Source: Eledone cirrhosa
Lineage: Eukaryota
DNA: 64,000 nt
Reading direction: 5' to 3'
Assembly (NCBI GenBank): GCA_964016885.1
Contig: OZ024740.1
Span: forward strand, 29,450,001 to 29,514,000
Position numbers and translations under genes: made by a program. Under the pieces are notes generated by a model, which worked only from the letters and a program-made list of their open reading frames with translations, had not been told where the DNA came from and did not search any database. The first letter of the stretch is position 1. The number at the start of each line of letters is the position of its first letter. Shown in pieces: positions 38,254 through 51,409 of the stretch.

Positions 38254-40524
38254 GCCTGCCTGACCCTATTCCTCCAAGATCACTGTGAAAATAATAACAT
38301 CATCACAGATGAACAAGCAGCTGGAAAGAAAAGGGTTTGGGGATGTGCTGAACAACTCCTAATCAACAAAATTGCGATGTCGGAGATGCGACAACTCAGG
38401 AGGAATATGACTACAGTCTGGCTGAACTACAGGAAAGCTTTTGATTCTGTTCCCCACTCTTGGATGATAGAGGCCCTCCAACTTGCTAAAGTCCCAGACA
38501 TTATTGTCAGAGCCATAGAGAGGCTGTCTTCTTCTTGGGCTACTATCCTAAGGTTAAAGACAGAGAGGGAGGACTCTATTTTCACTGATAAATAAAATAT
38601 TGCATGGGTATATTTCAGGGGGACAGACTCTCTGTGATATTGTTCATCTTGTCATTAAACCCCTTGTCCTTTCTGCTCAAGAAATGTGAGGGATACATCA
38701 TTGGCTCACAGGAGGACATAAATACGAACCTAACCCATAATTTCTTTGTGGACGATCTGAAACTCTATGCCAAGAACATGGATGGGATGAAAAAAAATCT
38801 TGACCTGGTTACAATATTCTCAAAGGATATAGGAATGGAGTTTGGCCAAGATAAATGCTCATACATGACTGTAAAGCGGGGAAAAACAACAACCAAATCT
38901 AGCAACATTGTCATCAATGGCCTAACTGTTTCACCGATATCTGATGAGGACTGCTACAAATACCTGGGGATAGATGAGAACATATCCTATAATGGTATCT
39001 GTGATAAAGAACGCGTATCCAAGGAATACTACACCCGATTAAGAAAGATCTGGTCATCGGAACTCTCTGCGCAAAACAAAACAGTGGCTCATAATGTGTT
39101 TGCTGTGCCTGTCCTAACACCAACGTTTGACGATAGACGAAATCGGAGCAATTAATGTTGAAACTCGAAAAAGAATGAACAACACCGGAAACTTCCACAT
39201 CGACAGTGACATAGACCGCCTATAGTTGAAACGTAAGCAGGGAGGCAGAGGCCTAACATCAGTCCAGAAAACATTTGAATGTCGCATCATATCTCTCTGA
39301 CAATATCTACCAACCTCGAAGCGTAGGTGCCGGTTTCCGAAGCAAGTCTATCTGCATGAAACAGATAAGATCATGAGAGTTGGGATGGAACTCCTTGAGA
39401 GATATTCCCTGTGTGATAATCAAAAACTCACACCCAGTGATGTCGCTCAGCAGTGTCGCAGTGAATCCATGGATGAAAAACTGCATGCCTATCAGCAAAA
39501 AGTCATGCATGGATATGTTGCCAGGAAGCTCCAGAGTGAGAGTAATATAGATAAGGAAAGTCGTCTATCTTGGACCAACAACCGCTATATTGGCTCCCAC
39601 TTTGAAGCAGACGCTTTTGCAATCCAAGAACAGGAGATTATCACGAAATACCTGATTCACAAAAGAGATAGGGATGCAGGCAAAACATCTAGATGTGATA
39701 ACAAGTGCAGACTCTGCAGAACTAACATCGAGGATATCACCCATGTCATCAGCAGCTGTCCAAAGATGTCATCGCGGTACTATCTACCTATGAGGCATGA
39801 TGTAGTGGCTAAAACACCGTACAATGCAGTTCGTAAAAAAGATAGCCCCGATAATAAACACATTTAAAGCTACAGCAATGTGGAAGACATCCATGTAGAT
39901 AATATGAAAGAGTACTGGTGGAATGTTCCAGTAAAATCCCCAATAAAATGCAGGCATAACAGACCAGATATGATGATATGGGACAGGGAGAAGAAAACAT
40001 GCACAGTAGTGGAAATTAGCTGCCCAGCAGATTCCAATATAATATAAAAGATTAGTGAAAAAGAAAATATTTATGCAGAACTGATGAGAAATCTGCAGAT
40101 ACTCCACCCTGATTACACCTTCAGATTTTTGCCTGTGATTATTTGGGCACTGGGGTATGTTAGTAACTGCCTCAATACAAATCTTGAGAAGCTAGGCTTC
40201 ACAGGAACGGAAAGAACACAACTAATTAGGATATTGCAAGTACAATCCATTAATGGAACAGTAAAAATATGTAAGACATTCCAAAAATGTTGCATCTAAT
40301 AACTGCATATACACATATACAGATGCAAAGCATATACACATGCACACATACAACTCAAAACATACACATCCACACAAACAATAACATCCATATCTACACA
40401 TGCATGCATACACATCTACCTAGTTGATGTTGTGTAAATTCCAATGAGAGAGTCTTGTGTCTATGTTAGAAACAGACACTCTCACTATTGGGAAAACTTT
40501 GTGAAATTATAAAACCAGAAGAAC
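38251..40524 (+). mobile_element. Tandem copy 2 (recombinant of copies 1 and 3)
   Basis: 2514 bp offset from copy 1; same truncation point. Confidence 0.88.
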
Positions 40525-40573
40525 ATACACACACACATACATACATACATACATACATACATACATACATACA

Positions 40574-40604
<31 letters not shown>

Positions 40605-40732
40605 GACATACATACATATATACATACATATGACATATATACATACATACATACATACATACATACATACATACATACATACATACATACATACATACAT
40701 ACATACATACATACATACATACATACATAAAT

Positions 40733-43019
40733 ATAGCCTGCCTGACCCTATTCCTCCAAGATCACTGTGAAAATAATAACATCATCACAGATGAACAAGC
40801 AGCTGGAAAGAAAAGGGTTTGGGGATGTGCTGAACAACTCCTAATCAACAAAATTGCGATGTCGGAGATGCGACAACTCAGGAGGAATATGACTACAGTC
40901 TGGCTGAACTACAGGAAAGCTTTTGATTCTGTTCCCCACTCTTGGATGATAGAGGCCCTCCAACTTGCTAAAGTCCCAGACATTATTGTCAGAGCCATAG
41001 AGAGGCTGTCTTCTTCTTGGGCTACTATCCTAAGGTTAAAGACAGAGAGGGAGGACTCTATTTTTACTGATAAATAAAATATTGCAGGGGTATATTTCAG
41101 GGGGACAGACTCTCTGTGATATTGTTCATCTTGTCATTAAACCCCTTGTCCTTTCTGCTCAAGAAATGTGAGGGATACATCATTGGCTCACAGGAGGCCA
41201 GAAATGCGAACCTAACCCATAACTTCTTTGTGGACGATCTGAAACTCTATGCCAAGAACATGGATGGGATGAAAAAAAATCTTGACCTGGTTACAATATT
41301 CTCAAAGGATATAGGAATGGAGTTTGGTCAAGATAAATGCTCATACATGATTGTAAAGCGGGGAAAAACAACAACCCATTCTAGCAACATTGTCATCAAT
41401 GGTCTAACTATTTCACCGATATCTAATGAGGACTGCTACAAATACCTGGGGATAGATGAGAACATATCCTATAATAGTATCTGTAATAAAGAACGCGTAA
41501 ACAGGGAATACTACACCCGATTAAGAAAGATCTGGTCATCGGAACTCTCTGCGCTAAACAAAACAGTGGCTCACAATGTGTTTGCTGTGCCTGTCCTAAC
41601 ACCAACATTTGGAATACTCAATTGGACGATAGACGAAATCCGAGCAGTTGATGTTGGAACTCGAAAAATACTGAGCAACACCGGAAACTTCCACATCAAC
41701 AGTGACATAGACCGCCTTTACTTGAAAGGTAAGCAGGGAGGCAGATGGCCTAACATCAGTCCAGACAACATTTGAATGTCGCATCATATCTCTCCGACAA
41801 CATCTACGAACCTCGAAGCGTAGGAGCCCGCTTCTCGAGCAAGTCTATCTGCATGAAACAGATAAGATCATGAGAGTTGGGGTGGAACTCCTTGAGAGAT
41901 ATTCCCTGTGTGATAATCAAAAACTCACACCCAGGGATGTCGCTCAGCAATATCGCAGTGAATCCATGGATGAAAAATTGCATGCCTATCAGCAAAAAAT
42001 CATGCATGGATATGTTGCCAGGAAGCTCCAGAGGGAGAGTAGTATAGATAAGGAAAGTAGTCTATCTTGGACCAACAACCGCTATATTGGCTCCCACTTT
42101 GAAGGATACGCTTTTGCAATCCAAGAACAGGAGATTAGCACGAAATACCTGATTCACAAAAGAGATAGGGATGCAGGCAAAACACCTAGATGTGATAACA
42201 AGTGCAGACTCTGCAGAACTAACATCGAGGATATCACCCATGTCATCAGCAGCTGTCCAAAGATGTCATCGCTGTACTATCTACCTATGAGGCATGATGT
42301 AGTGGCCAAAACACTGTACAATGCAGTTCGTAAAAAAGATAGCCCCGATAATAAACACATTAAAAGCTACAACAATCTGAAGACATCGATGTACATAATA
42401 TGAAAGAGGTGGAATGTTTCAGTAATGATCCCAATAAAATGCAGGCATAACAGACCAGATATTATGATATGGGACAGGGAGAAGAAAACATGCACAGTGG
42501 TGGAAATTAGCTGCCCAGCCGATGCCAATATGATATCAAAGATTAGTGAAAAGGAAAATATTTATGAAGAACTGATGAGAAATCTGCAGATACTCCACCC
42601 TGATTACACCTTCAGATTTATGCCTGTGATTATTGGGGCACTGGGATATGTTAGTAACTGTCTCAATACAAATCTTGAGAAGCTAGGCTTCACATGAACA
42701 GAAAGAACACAACTAGTTAGCAAATTACAAGTAAAATCCATTAATCGAACAGTAAAAATATGTAAAACATTCCAAAAATGTTGCATCTAATAACTGCATA
42801 TACACATATACAGATACAAAGCATATACACATGCACACATACAACTCAAAACATCCACATCCACACATACAATAACATCCATATCTACACATGCATGCAT
42901 ATATACATATCTACCTATTTGATGTTGTGTAAATTCCAATGAGAGAGTCTTGTGTCTATGTTAGAAACCGACTCTCTCTCTATTGGTAAAACTTTATGAA
43001 ATTATAAAACCAGAAGAAC
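40733..43019 (+). mobile_element. Tandem copy 3 (more diverged 3' part)
   Basis: Same 5' point; retains ggaatactcaattggacg, which is absent in copies 1 and 2. Confidence 0.88.
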
Positions 43020-43070
43020 ATACATACATACATGCATATATGCATACATATATATACATACATACATATA

Positions 43071-43680
43071 TGGTGGCTGCCAACTCGTTTTCGAGTACGG
43101 CCACTACTTTATATTCATGTAGGAGAACCCCTACCGATGCGCTGAACGAGTGTGACTATTTAGTCAAGCCAGCGACTTGAAAACTCTGGTACAAATACTA
43201 CACTTGTGAAAATTATTGACACATAGTGCTGGGACCATGGTACCATGTGACGACAAGTGCAGAGAGATCTCCAGATATAAAGCAATGCCTGTGCCGTGAA
43301 GCTTTTATAGTGAGCAAAGGCACTGCACAAAGCCAGCCTCACTCTCTTAACCAAGATGATATTTACCAAAAAGAAGAACAAGTCAACATCATTGGATACC
43401 ATCAGGGTTGCAGGTGTTATATCAGAGTTTTCCTTCTCCTAGAATTCTGCCTTGGCAAAGGCTAAGGGGTCATCTCTCCCGGTGATTTTGGATGGCCATT
43501 GATTCTTAAGAGCTCTTTTGCCCTTTGACAGGTTTTGTTTTTAGTCCTGCAGGATGTCCAAAGTCACCCTCATCACCAAGAAACCTTGGTGGGGTTGTCA
43601 GTTTAGTCACCAACGACCCGACCATGATACAGGTTGTACTGGGATACATGTTACCAGTAGCACCAACTGGTGACCTGACA
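43071..43680 (-). mobile_element. Internally deleted non-autonomous RTE (5' UTR + 3' end)
   Basis: RTE 5' UTR-type motif ctaggagaaggaaaactctgat joined to a C2H2-coding 3' end and (TATG)n tail; truncated copy at 44378-44790. Confidence 0.6.
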
Positions 43681-43979
43681 TAAATGCATACATGCATACA
43701 TACATACATACATAGATATGTATGATAGACAGATGGCACTAAGGAATACTGGTGGAACCTGAAAATAAAAACTGCCACCAAATTAAAGCACAACCGGCCT
43801 GATATTGTTGTTTGGGACCACACATTGAAAACGTGTTCTGTTGTGGAGATCAGCTGCCCACTTGAAGTAAACGTTATCAAAAAAATACAGGAGGAAAACA
43901 TCTACGGACCAATGATGAAGAGTTTACAAATCCAGTATCCAAGATACACCTTTAGCTTCCTACCCATCATTATTGGAGC

Positions 43980-44075
43980 CGAGGTTGATTTTGCCTTTCA
44001 TCCTTACGGGGTCGATAAAATAAAGTACCAGTAATGCACTGGGTAATTGCTGGCCTTGTGCCTAAAGTAGAAACA
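43980..44075 (+). mobile_element. 5'-truncated SINE with 11 bp target-site duplication
   Basis: TSD attattggagc at 43969-43979 and 44076-44086; insertion is absent from the paralogue at ~35320. Confidence 0.85.
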
Positions 44076-45413
44076 ATTATTGGAGCTACGGGTTATATAC
44101 CAACCCGCTTGGACCAAAGTATGACTGAACTTAGATTTGCGGACAAAGAGCGCCACTCCCTAATTCATAGTCTACAAATGGCTGCGATAGCTGGCACCTT
44201 CAAGATTTGCAAAACATTCTTGCGATTCAAGGGATGACAATTTCTTTTCTTTTACAACCTTGCCACCAGGAAGGTGGCCGGTCAAAAAATATATACTCGA
44301 AATTAAGAGAAAGAGATAACATACATATGACATACAAACATACATACATACATACATACATACATACATACATACACGGTGGCTGCCAACTCGTTTTCGA
44401 GTACGGCCACTACTTTATATCCATGTAGGAGATCCCCTACCGATGTGCTGAACGAGTGTGACTTTTTAGCCCAGCCAACGACTTGAAAACTCTGGTACAA
44501 ACACTACACTTGTGACAATTATTGACACATAGTGCTGGGCCCATGGTACCATGTGACGACAAGTGTAGAGAGATCAGAGATCTCCAGATATAAAGCAATG
44601 CCTGTGCCGTGAAGCTTTTATAGTGAGCAAAGGCACTGCACAAAGCCAGTCCCACTCTCTTAACCAAGATGATATTTACCAAAAAGAAGAACAAGTCAAC
44701 ATCATTGGATACCATCAGGGTTGCAGGTGTTATATCAGAGTTTTCCTTCTCCTAGTATTCTGCCTTAACAAAGGCTAAGGGGTCATCTCTCATACATACA
44801 TACATACATACATGCATACATGATGGCTGCCCCCTCGTTATCGAGTATGGCCATTGCAGGAGGAGAAAGAAAAAAAAAATAATAATAATGATAAATAAAT
44901 AAAAAGAAAATAAAAATTAAAAAAAAATATATATATATATACAATATTAAATAAATGGAAACTATATTTATAAAACCATATTTATTTCATTATATATATT
45001 TCAGGGATATCATATTAACAATATGCTATGCCTTCCTCAGACAAAATACAATATAAACAGTTTTATAGATAAATAGATTTGACATACCGTAACAACATCG
45101 ACTTGTATTTGAAAAAGTTGAATTGGCAGTGAAAAAATTGTACACAGAGAGAAAGAAAGAGAGAAAAAAGGAAAGAAAGACAGAAAACGAAGAAAAAGAA
45201 GAAAAAGAAGAAATGCATGGAACAAAATAGAGAGATGGAAAGATAGATAAAGAGAAGAACTTCATGTAAAGAAACAGAGAGAGAGATATATATATATAGA
45301 AAGAGAGGAAATAGAGATAGATATATATATATAGAAAACTAGGTAGTGGGACGTCCGTTGAGTAAACGTATCAATGATACATTTATTTATTTATTTATTT
45401 AGCTCTAGTATTA

Positions 45414-45596
45414 ATTGTTTCTACTTTAGGCACAAGGCCAGCAATTACCAGTGCATTACTGGTACTTTATTTTATCGACCCCGTAAGGATGAAAGGCAAA
45501 GTCAACCTCGGCGGGATTTGAACTCAGATGGTAAAGGGACGTAACTACGCTGGAAAGCATGGCGTCCGACCCTCTACCGATATTGCCAATCCACCG
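45414..45596 (-). mobile_element. SINE inserted in one pLTR copy
   Basis: Absent from the copies at ~49416 and ~50625. Confidence 0.9.
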
Positions 45597-46582
45597 GGAG
45601 ATATATGGAGAGAAACCAGCTGTTATATAGAGAGAAAAATTTAAAAATAACCAGACATAGGCGAGGCGTAAAAACCCTATGTTTTAATGTAGAGGCATTA
45701 GTATGTATAAAAACCAGCCACTATATTGTAAATATCAGTATTCCTGAATGAGACATGTATCCATAATGTGTGAAAAGTAATGATCTTATGTTTAGTTTTT
45801 TAAAAAATTCATATGTTTATGTGATAACTACAAACATCTATATGAATTTACATGATCAACTCTGCAAACCCTAAGTTTACGGAAAACATTCTCATTGTGG
45901 TATAAAAATTTAAGTATACATATATGTGTATATATATACACACACAAATATATATAGAGTCAATATTACTACTATTCCTGTCTTTACTCTACAAGATTAT
46001 CTATCAAGCAGAAATAGAGAGCAGATTTCAATATACTAATAAAAATATATATCAGAAACAAAACTAAAAAATTAAAAAATAACAATAATAATAATAAGTA
46101 ATAATAAAATAGAAAACTAAAAAATATTACGAAAGAATATTACATATTAAAAATATTACATATTAAAAATATTAAAAATAAAAATATTAGAAATATTAGA
46201 AAATACTACAATAATAAAAATAAAAATAAACCACAAAGATCAACCCTTCAAAATTAATTGACAATATATTGCCAAGTTCATTATAAGCATCAGAGTCGAA
46301 AAACAGATAAAGCCAAAAATTATCTATCAAATCGCATCTAGCAAAGATCATTTCAAAAAGTTTAGGATGCCCATTTGGTCTACATGTGTTCTTATATTTA
46401 ATATAGAAGTTTATCTAGTGTAACGTTTATTCGAAATATTTGGAGCATCAACTTTTAGGGTAGCTTAATTTTTCATGAAGAATGTTTAAATAAAAATAAA
46501 AAGAAAAAGAAAAAGAATAAAAAGAAGAAATCAAAGATTTATCGGCTAGTTTCCCATATAATTATAAATCAAACTAAATATA

Positions 46583-48801
46583 CTACATTTTAAATTTAAA
46601 TTTATATTTAAACGTTGAGTTTAATCTATGTTTGCAGCAACTGAATAAATTTGTCCGTAGATTAAGGGAATTTTTAGATTTTAGTATAAAGAATATTTCC
46701 TCTGCGCAGAGGTCACATGTCTCAGAGGATGAATTAAAAGGAATCCCTCTTGAGACTATATTCCAAGCCGTCGAATATCTAACGTTATCTAGCTTAAGTT
46801 GCCAGAGTACGCCTGATAGTGCCGTTGAAGATTTTTTGCTTGGATCTGTGAAAGAATTCTTGTGGTTATTATAGCGAAGTTTAAATTCCGTCGATGTGGA
46901 ACCGACGTAGTTAAAAGAATTAGAGTCAGTATTAACATTACAATTGTATACTATATTTTTAACTAAGCAGTTGTTATTTAACGGACATTTAGATCTATCT
47001 CTACAGTTACATTTGTTAACTTGTATATTATTTATGCTATTATCACTAGGTTTTAAGTTCCTATTATTTATTCTATTAATATTTTGTGCTAAATTTTTGG
47101 TGGATGAGTAGGTTAATTTTATTGTATGTCTATTGAAAATTGAGTGATACCTATGTGTTCTAGGGAAGCGATTATCAAGAGCTTTAAAAAATAGTTTAGC
47201 GATGTGGGTTTTAATGTTTAGTGAGAAAGGGGGGGGGGGGCAAACCAAATTATGTTCCTAGTTCTATTTCTTTTTTGGCCTTTGGAATTATTGTAATGCT
47301 TTCTATTATAGTTGTTAAGGTTGTTGCCGTAATTAAAATAGTTGTTATTTTGTTTAGTTTGTCTATCATTATCTATGTACACAATCTTATCAGCATATCC
47401 TGCTCTAGCTAATGCTTCATTGTAGTATTGGGCTTTTTCGTCGAAAATCTTTCTATTCGACGAGATCCTAGAGATACGTTTTTGAAGAGAGTTTACTATA
47501 GTGTTTTTGACAGATCTGGGGTGGTTAGAGTTAAAGTTGACATAGTTTAAGTTTTCATTCAACTTGTGAAAAGGATAGTGAAGACATGTGTTGAGATTTA
47601 ATGTTATATCTAGGAAATTGACTATTCTATGGTTGTTCTCAATTTCTATTTTAAGATTAAAGTAATTAAAAAATTGTGTAATTTGTTTACATTTTCTATT
47701 TAGTTCAGAGTTATTATTATCAATAAGTAAAAGCATGTCATCTCTATATAAACCTCCGGTAGTACCAGGTATTTTCCTATGTAGCGAATTGATTAAAAAT
47801 AAGCCCACAAGGTCAGTTACCTGAGCTGAGTCAGATGATCCCATAGTAATGTCAAAATTGCTATCTCTATCTGCTCTGGTCCATAGTTGGTCATTAAATT
47901 CTATCAAAGTTTTCCTAGCCGATAATATAATATGCATTTCATTGCTAGTTAGGTCAGTATGTTTGAATGCGTAATTTAGTGCCTTATTTAGTAGATTAGG
48001 GGTAATAGAAGAATAATAGTTAGCTATATCAAGTTGAATAAACTTATTATTATTGTTATATTTAATTTGCTTAAACCACTCAACAACCTCTCCAGTTCCC
48101 TTCCACAAGCTCAGGTTAGATAAACAATCCAAGTTCTTAATTTGCTGTATCACCCTGTCAAGAATGTTTTTGCTTAATTTGCCCAGGTCCGATTTTGATG
48201 GTGCGATCAATCTAACTGGCAAGTCATTTTCAAAATTCCTCTTGTGATCTTTCATATTGATCTTCGGTTTCCTGGGCACGAAAGGTTGTGTTCTGTTCTC
48301 AATTTCCAACTCGTGCATTATACAAGATGCTTCGACATTCATTTTCTCAAGCTCGGCCTTATCTGCTACCTTGTACTTTTTCCTCAGCTCCTTCAGTATG
48401 AGGCCATTATACATGTCTTTCTGCACTCCATAGAGGTTGTTGGTCTTGTCAGATTTCACCAAGATCTTCTCAGTTTTCTCTAAGCTCTCAATGTTATCCT
48501 TAATGCCTTTCAGATATTCCTGGCCTTTGAAGTTTCTCTTGAATTTGACCCCTTGTATGATAGAAATTATATCGTTTTCAAAGTCAGATAAAAGTTTGTT
48601 AGGGGGTGGATTTCTTTTAGATTTGAAAACTTTGTTTAAGTCCGAGACATTTTCATTTATATTAGATTTATCAAAGTGGAATGCTCGCCACCTGATTCTC
48701 CTTATAAAAGAGTCAGATTTATCTATTAATTGTTTTATAAAGTCTTTGTTTCTAGGTAGAGGTATGTCTTTTAAAGAGGAAGTAATCTTAAATAATTCCA
48801 T
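46583..48801 (-). CDS. Penelope RT + GIY-YIG; single frameshift in the G-run 47228-47241
   Basis: LDIANYY, LYRDD, CNCRDRSKCPLNNNC, IVY..YVG..FKLRYNNH; collinear with the 17200 ORF. Confidence 0.9.
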
Positions 48802-50738
48802 TTTTCCAGTTATAATATAAAGCGCTCAACAGTATTGGAGCAAGATACATGGAAAGTTATATTTAAATTGTTGGGTTACAACTAGTAAATATTTATAACT
48901 GATATAAAAGCACTCGACAAGTATTTGGAGTATATTTACAATATTAAATAAATGGAAACTATATTTATAAAACCATATTTATTTCATTATATATATTTCA
49001 GGGATATCATATTAACAATATGCTATGCCTTCCTCAGACAAAATACAATATAAACAGTTTTATAGATAAATAGATTTGACATACCGTAACAACATCGACT
49101 TGTATTTGAAAAAGTTGAATTGGCAGTGAAAAAATTGTACACAGAGAGAAAGAAAGAGAGAAAAAAGGAAAGAAAGACAGAAAACGAAGAAAAAGAAGAA
49201 AAAGAAGAAATGCACGGAACAAAATAGAGAGATGGAAAGATAGATAAAGAGAAGAACTTCATGTAAAGAAACAGAGATATATATATATATAGAGAGAGAG
49301 AGAGGAAATAGAGATAGATATATATATATAGAAAACTAGGTAGTGGGACGTCCGTTGAGTAAACGTATCAATGATACATTTATTTATTTATTTATTTATT
49401 TAGCTCTAGTATTAATGTAAGGGAGATATATGGAGAGAAACCAGCTGTTATATAGAGAGAAAAATTTAAAAATAACCAGACATAGGCGAGGCGTAAATAC
49501 CCTATGTTTTAATGTAGAGGCATTAGTATTAAAATTAGTATTAAAATTCCCTTAATCTACGGACAAATTTATTCAGTTGCTGCAAACATAGATTAAACTC
49601 AACGTTTAAATATAAATTTAAATTTAAAATGTAGTATATTTAGTTTGATTTATAATTATATGGGAAACTAGCCGATAAATCTTTGATTTCTTCTTTTTAT
49701 TCTTTTTCTTTTTCTTTTTATTTTTATTTAAACATTCTTCATGAAAAATTAAGCTACCCTAAAAGTTGATGCTCCAAATATTTCGAATAAACGTTACACT
49801 AGATAAACTTCTATATTAAATATAAGAACACGTGTAGACCAAATGGGCATCCTAAACTTTTTGAAATGATCTTTGCTAGATGCGATTTGATAGATAATTT
49901 TTGGCTTTATCTGTTTTTCGACTCTGATGCTTATAATGAACTTGGCAATATATTGTCAATTAATTTTGAAGGGTTGATCTTTGTGGTTTATTTTTATTTT
50001 TATTATTGTAGTATTTTCTAATATTTCTAATATTTTTATTTTTAATATTTTTAATATGTAATATTTTTAATATGTAATATTCTTTCGTAATATTTTTTAG
50101 TTTTCTATTTTATTATTACTTATTATTATTATTGTTATTTTTTAATTTTTTAGTTTTGTTTCTGATATATATTTTTATTAGTATATTGAAATCTGCTCTC
50201 TATTTCTGCTTGATAGATAATCTTGTAGAGTAAAGACAGGAATAGTAGTAATATTGACTCTATATATATTTGTGTGTGTATATATATACACATATATGTA
50301 TACTTAAATTTTTATACCACAATGAGAATGTTTTCCGTGAACTTAGGGTTTGCAGAGTTGATCATGTAAATTCACATAGATGTTTGTAGTTATCACATAA
50401 ACATATGAATTTTTTAAAAAAACTAAACATAAGATCATTACTTTTCACACATTATGGATACATGTCTCATTCAGGAATACTGATATTTACAATATAGTGG
50501 CTGGTTTTTATACATACTAATGCCTCTACATTAAAACATAGGGTTTTTACGCCTCGCCTATGTCTGGTTATTTTTAAATTTTTCTCTCTATATAACAGCT
50601 GGTTTCTCTCCATATATCTCCCTTACATTAATACTAGAGCTAAATAAATAAATAAATAAATAAATGTATCATTGATACGTTTACTCAACGGACGTCCCAC
50701 TACCTAGTTTTCTATATATATATATCTATCTCTATTTC

Positions 50739-50770
<32 letters not shown>

Positions 50771-50999
50771 CTGTTTCTTTACATGAAGTTCTTCTCTTTA
50801 TCTATCTTTCCATCTCTCTATTTTGTTCCATGCATTTCTTCTTTTTCTTCTTTTTCTTCGTTTTCTGTCTTTCTTTCCTTTTTTCTCTCTTTCTTTCTCT
50901 CTGTGTACAATTTTTTCACTGCCAATTCAACTCTTTCAAATACAAGTCGATGTTGTTACGGTATGTCAAATCTATTTATCTATAAAACTGTTTATATTG

Positions 51000-51065
51000 T
51001 ATTTTGTCTGAGGAAGGCATAGCATATTGTTAATATGATATCCCTGAAATATATATAATGAAATA
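51000..51065 (+). ncRNA. Hammerhead ribozyme (copies at 44983-45048 and 48980-49045, minus)
   Basis: tattttgt CTGAGGA agg..cct GAAA tatata TA atgaaata. Confidence 0.75.
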
Positions 51066-51192
51066 AATATGGTTTTATAAATATAGTTTCCATTTATTTA
51101 ATATTGTAAATATACTCCAAATACTTGTCGAGTGCTTTTATATCAGTTATAAATATTTACTAGTTGTAACCCAACAATTTAAATATAACTTT

Positions 51193-51233
<41 letters not shown>

Positions 51234-51409
51234 CATACACATACACACACACACACTCACACACACATATACACACACACATACATTAATAACAATAACA
51301 ACAACAATAATAACAACAACAATAATAATAACAACAACAATAATAATATACATATACATATATATATACACACACACGCACACACATAAGCATATCTACA
51401 CACACACAC

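Larger units (their letters stand above)
44940..51195 (-). mobile_element. Penelope-like element (Hydra-clade-like): pLTR-ORF-pLTR (minus) plus inverted 1.65 kb 3' copy (plus)
   Basis: 48937-49529 directly repeats 44940-45704; 49543-51108 is the reverse complement of 44940-46674; three HHRs; (TA)n flanks. Confidence 0.92.

Noticed and set aside
43560-43680. HDV-like ribozyme at the RTE 5' end (ggtcacc/ggtgact helix)
   Set aside because: P3/L3, the P1.1 GG and J4/2 could not be placed.
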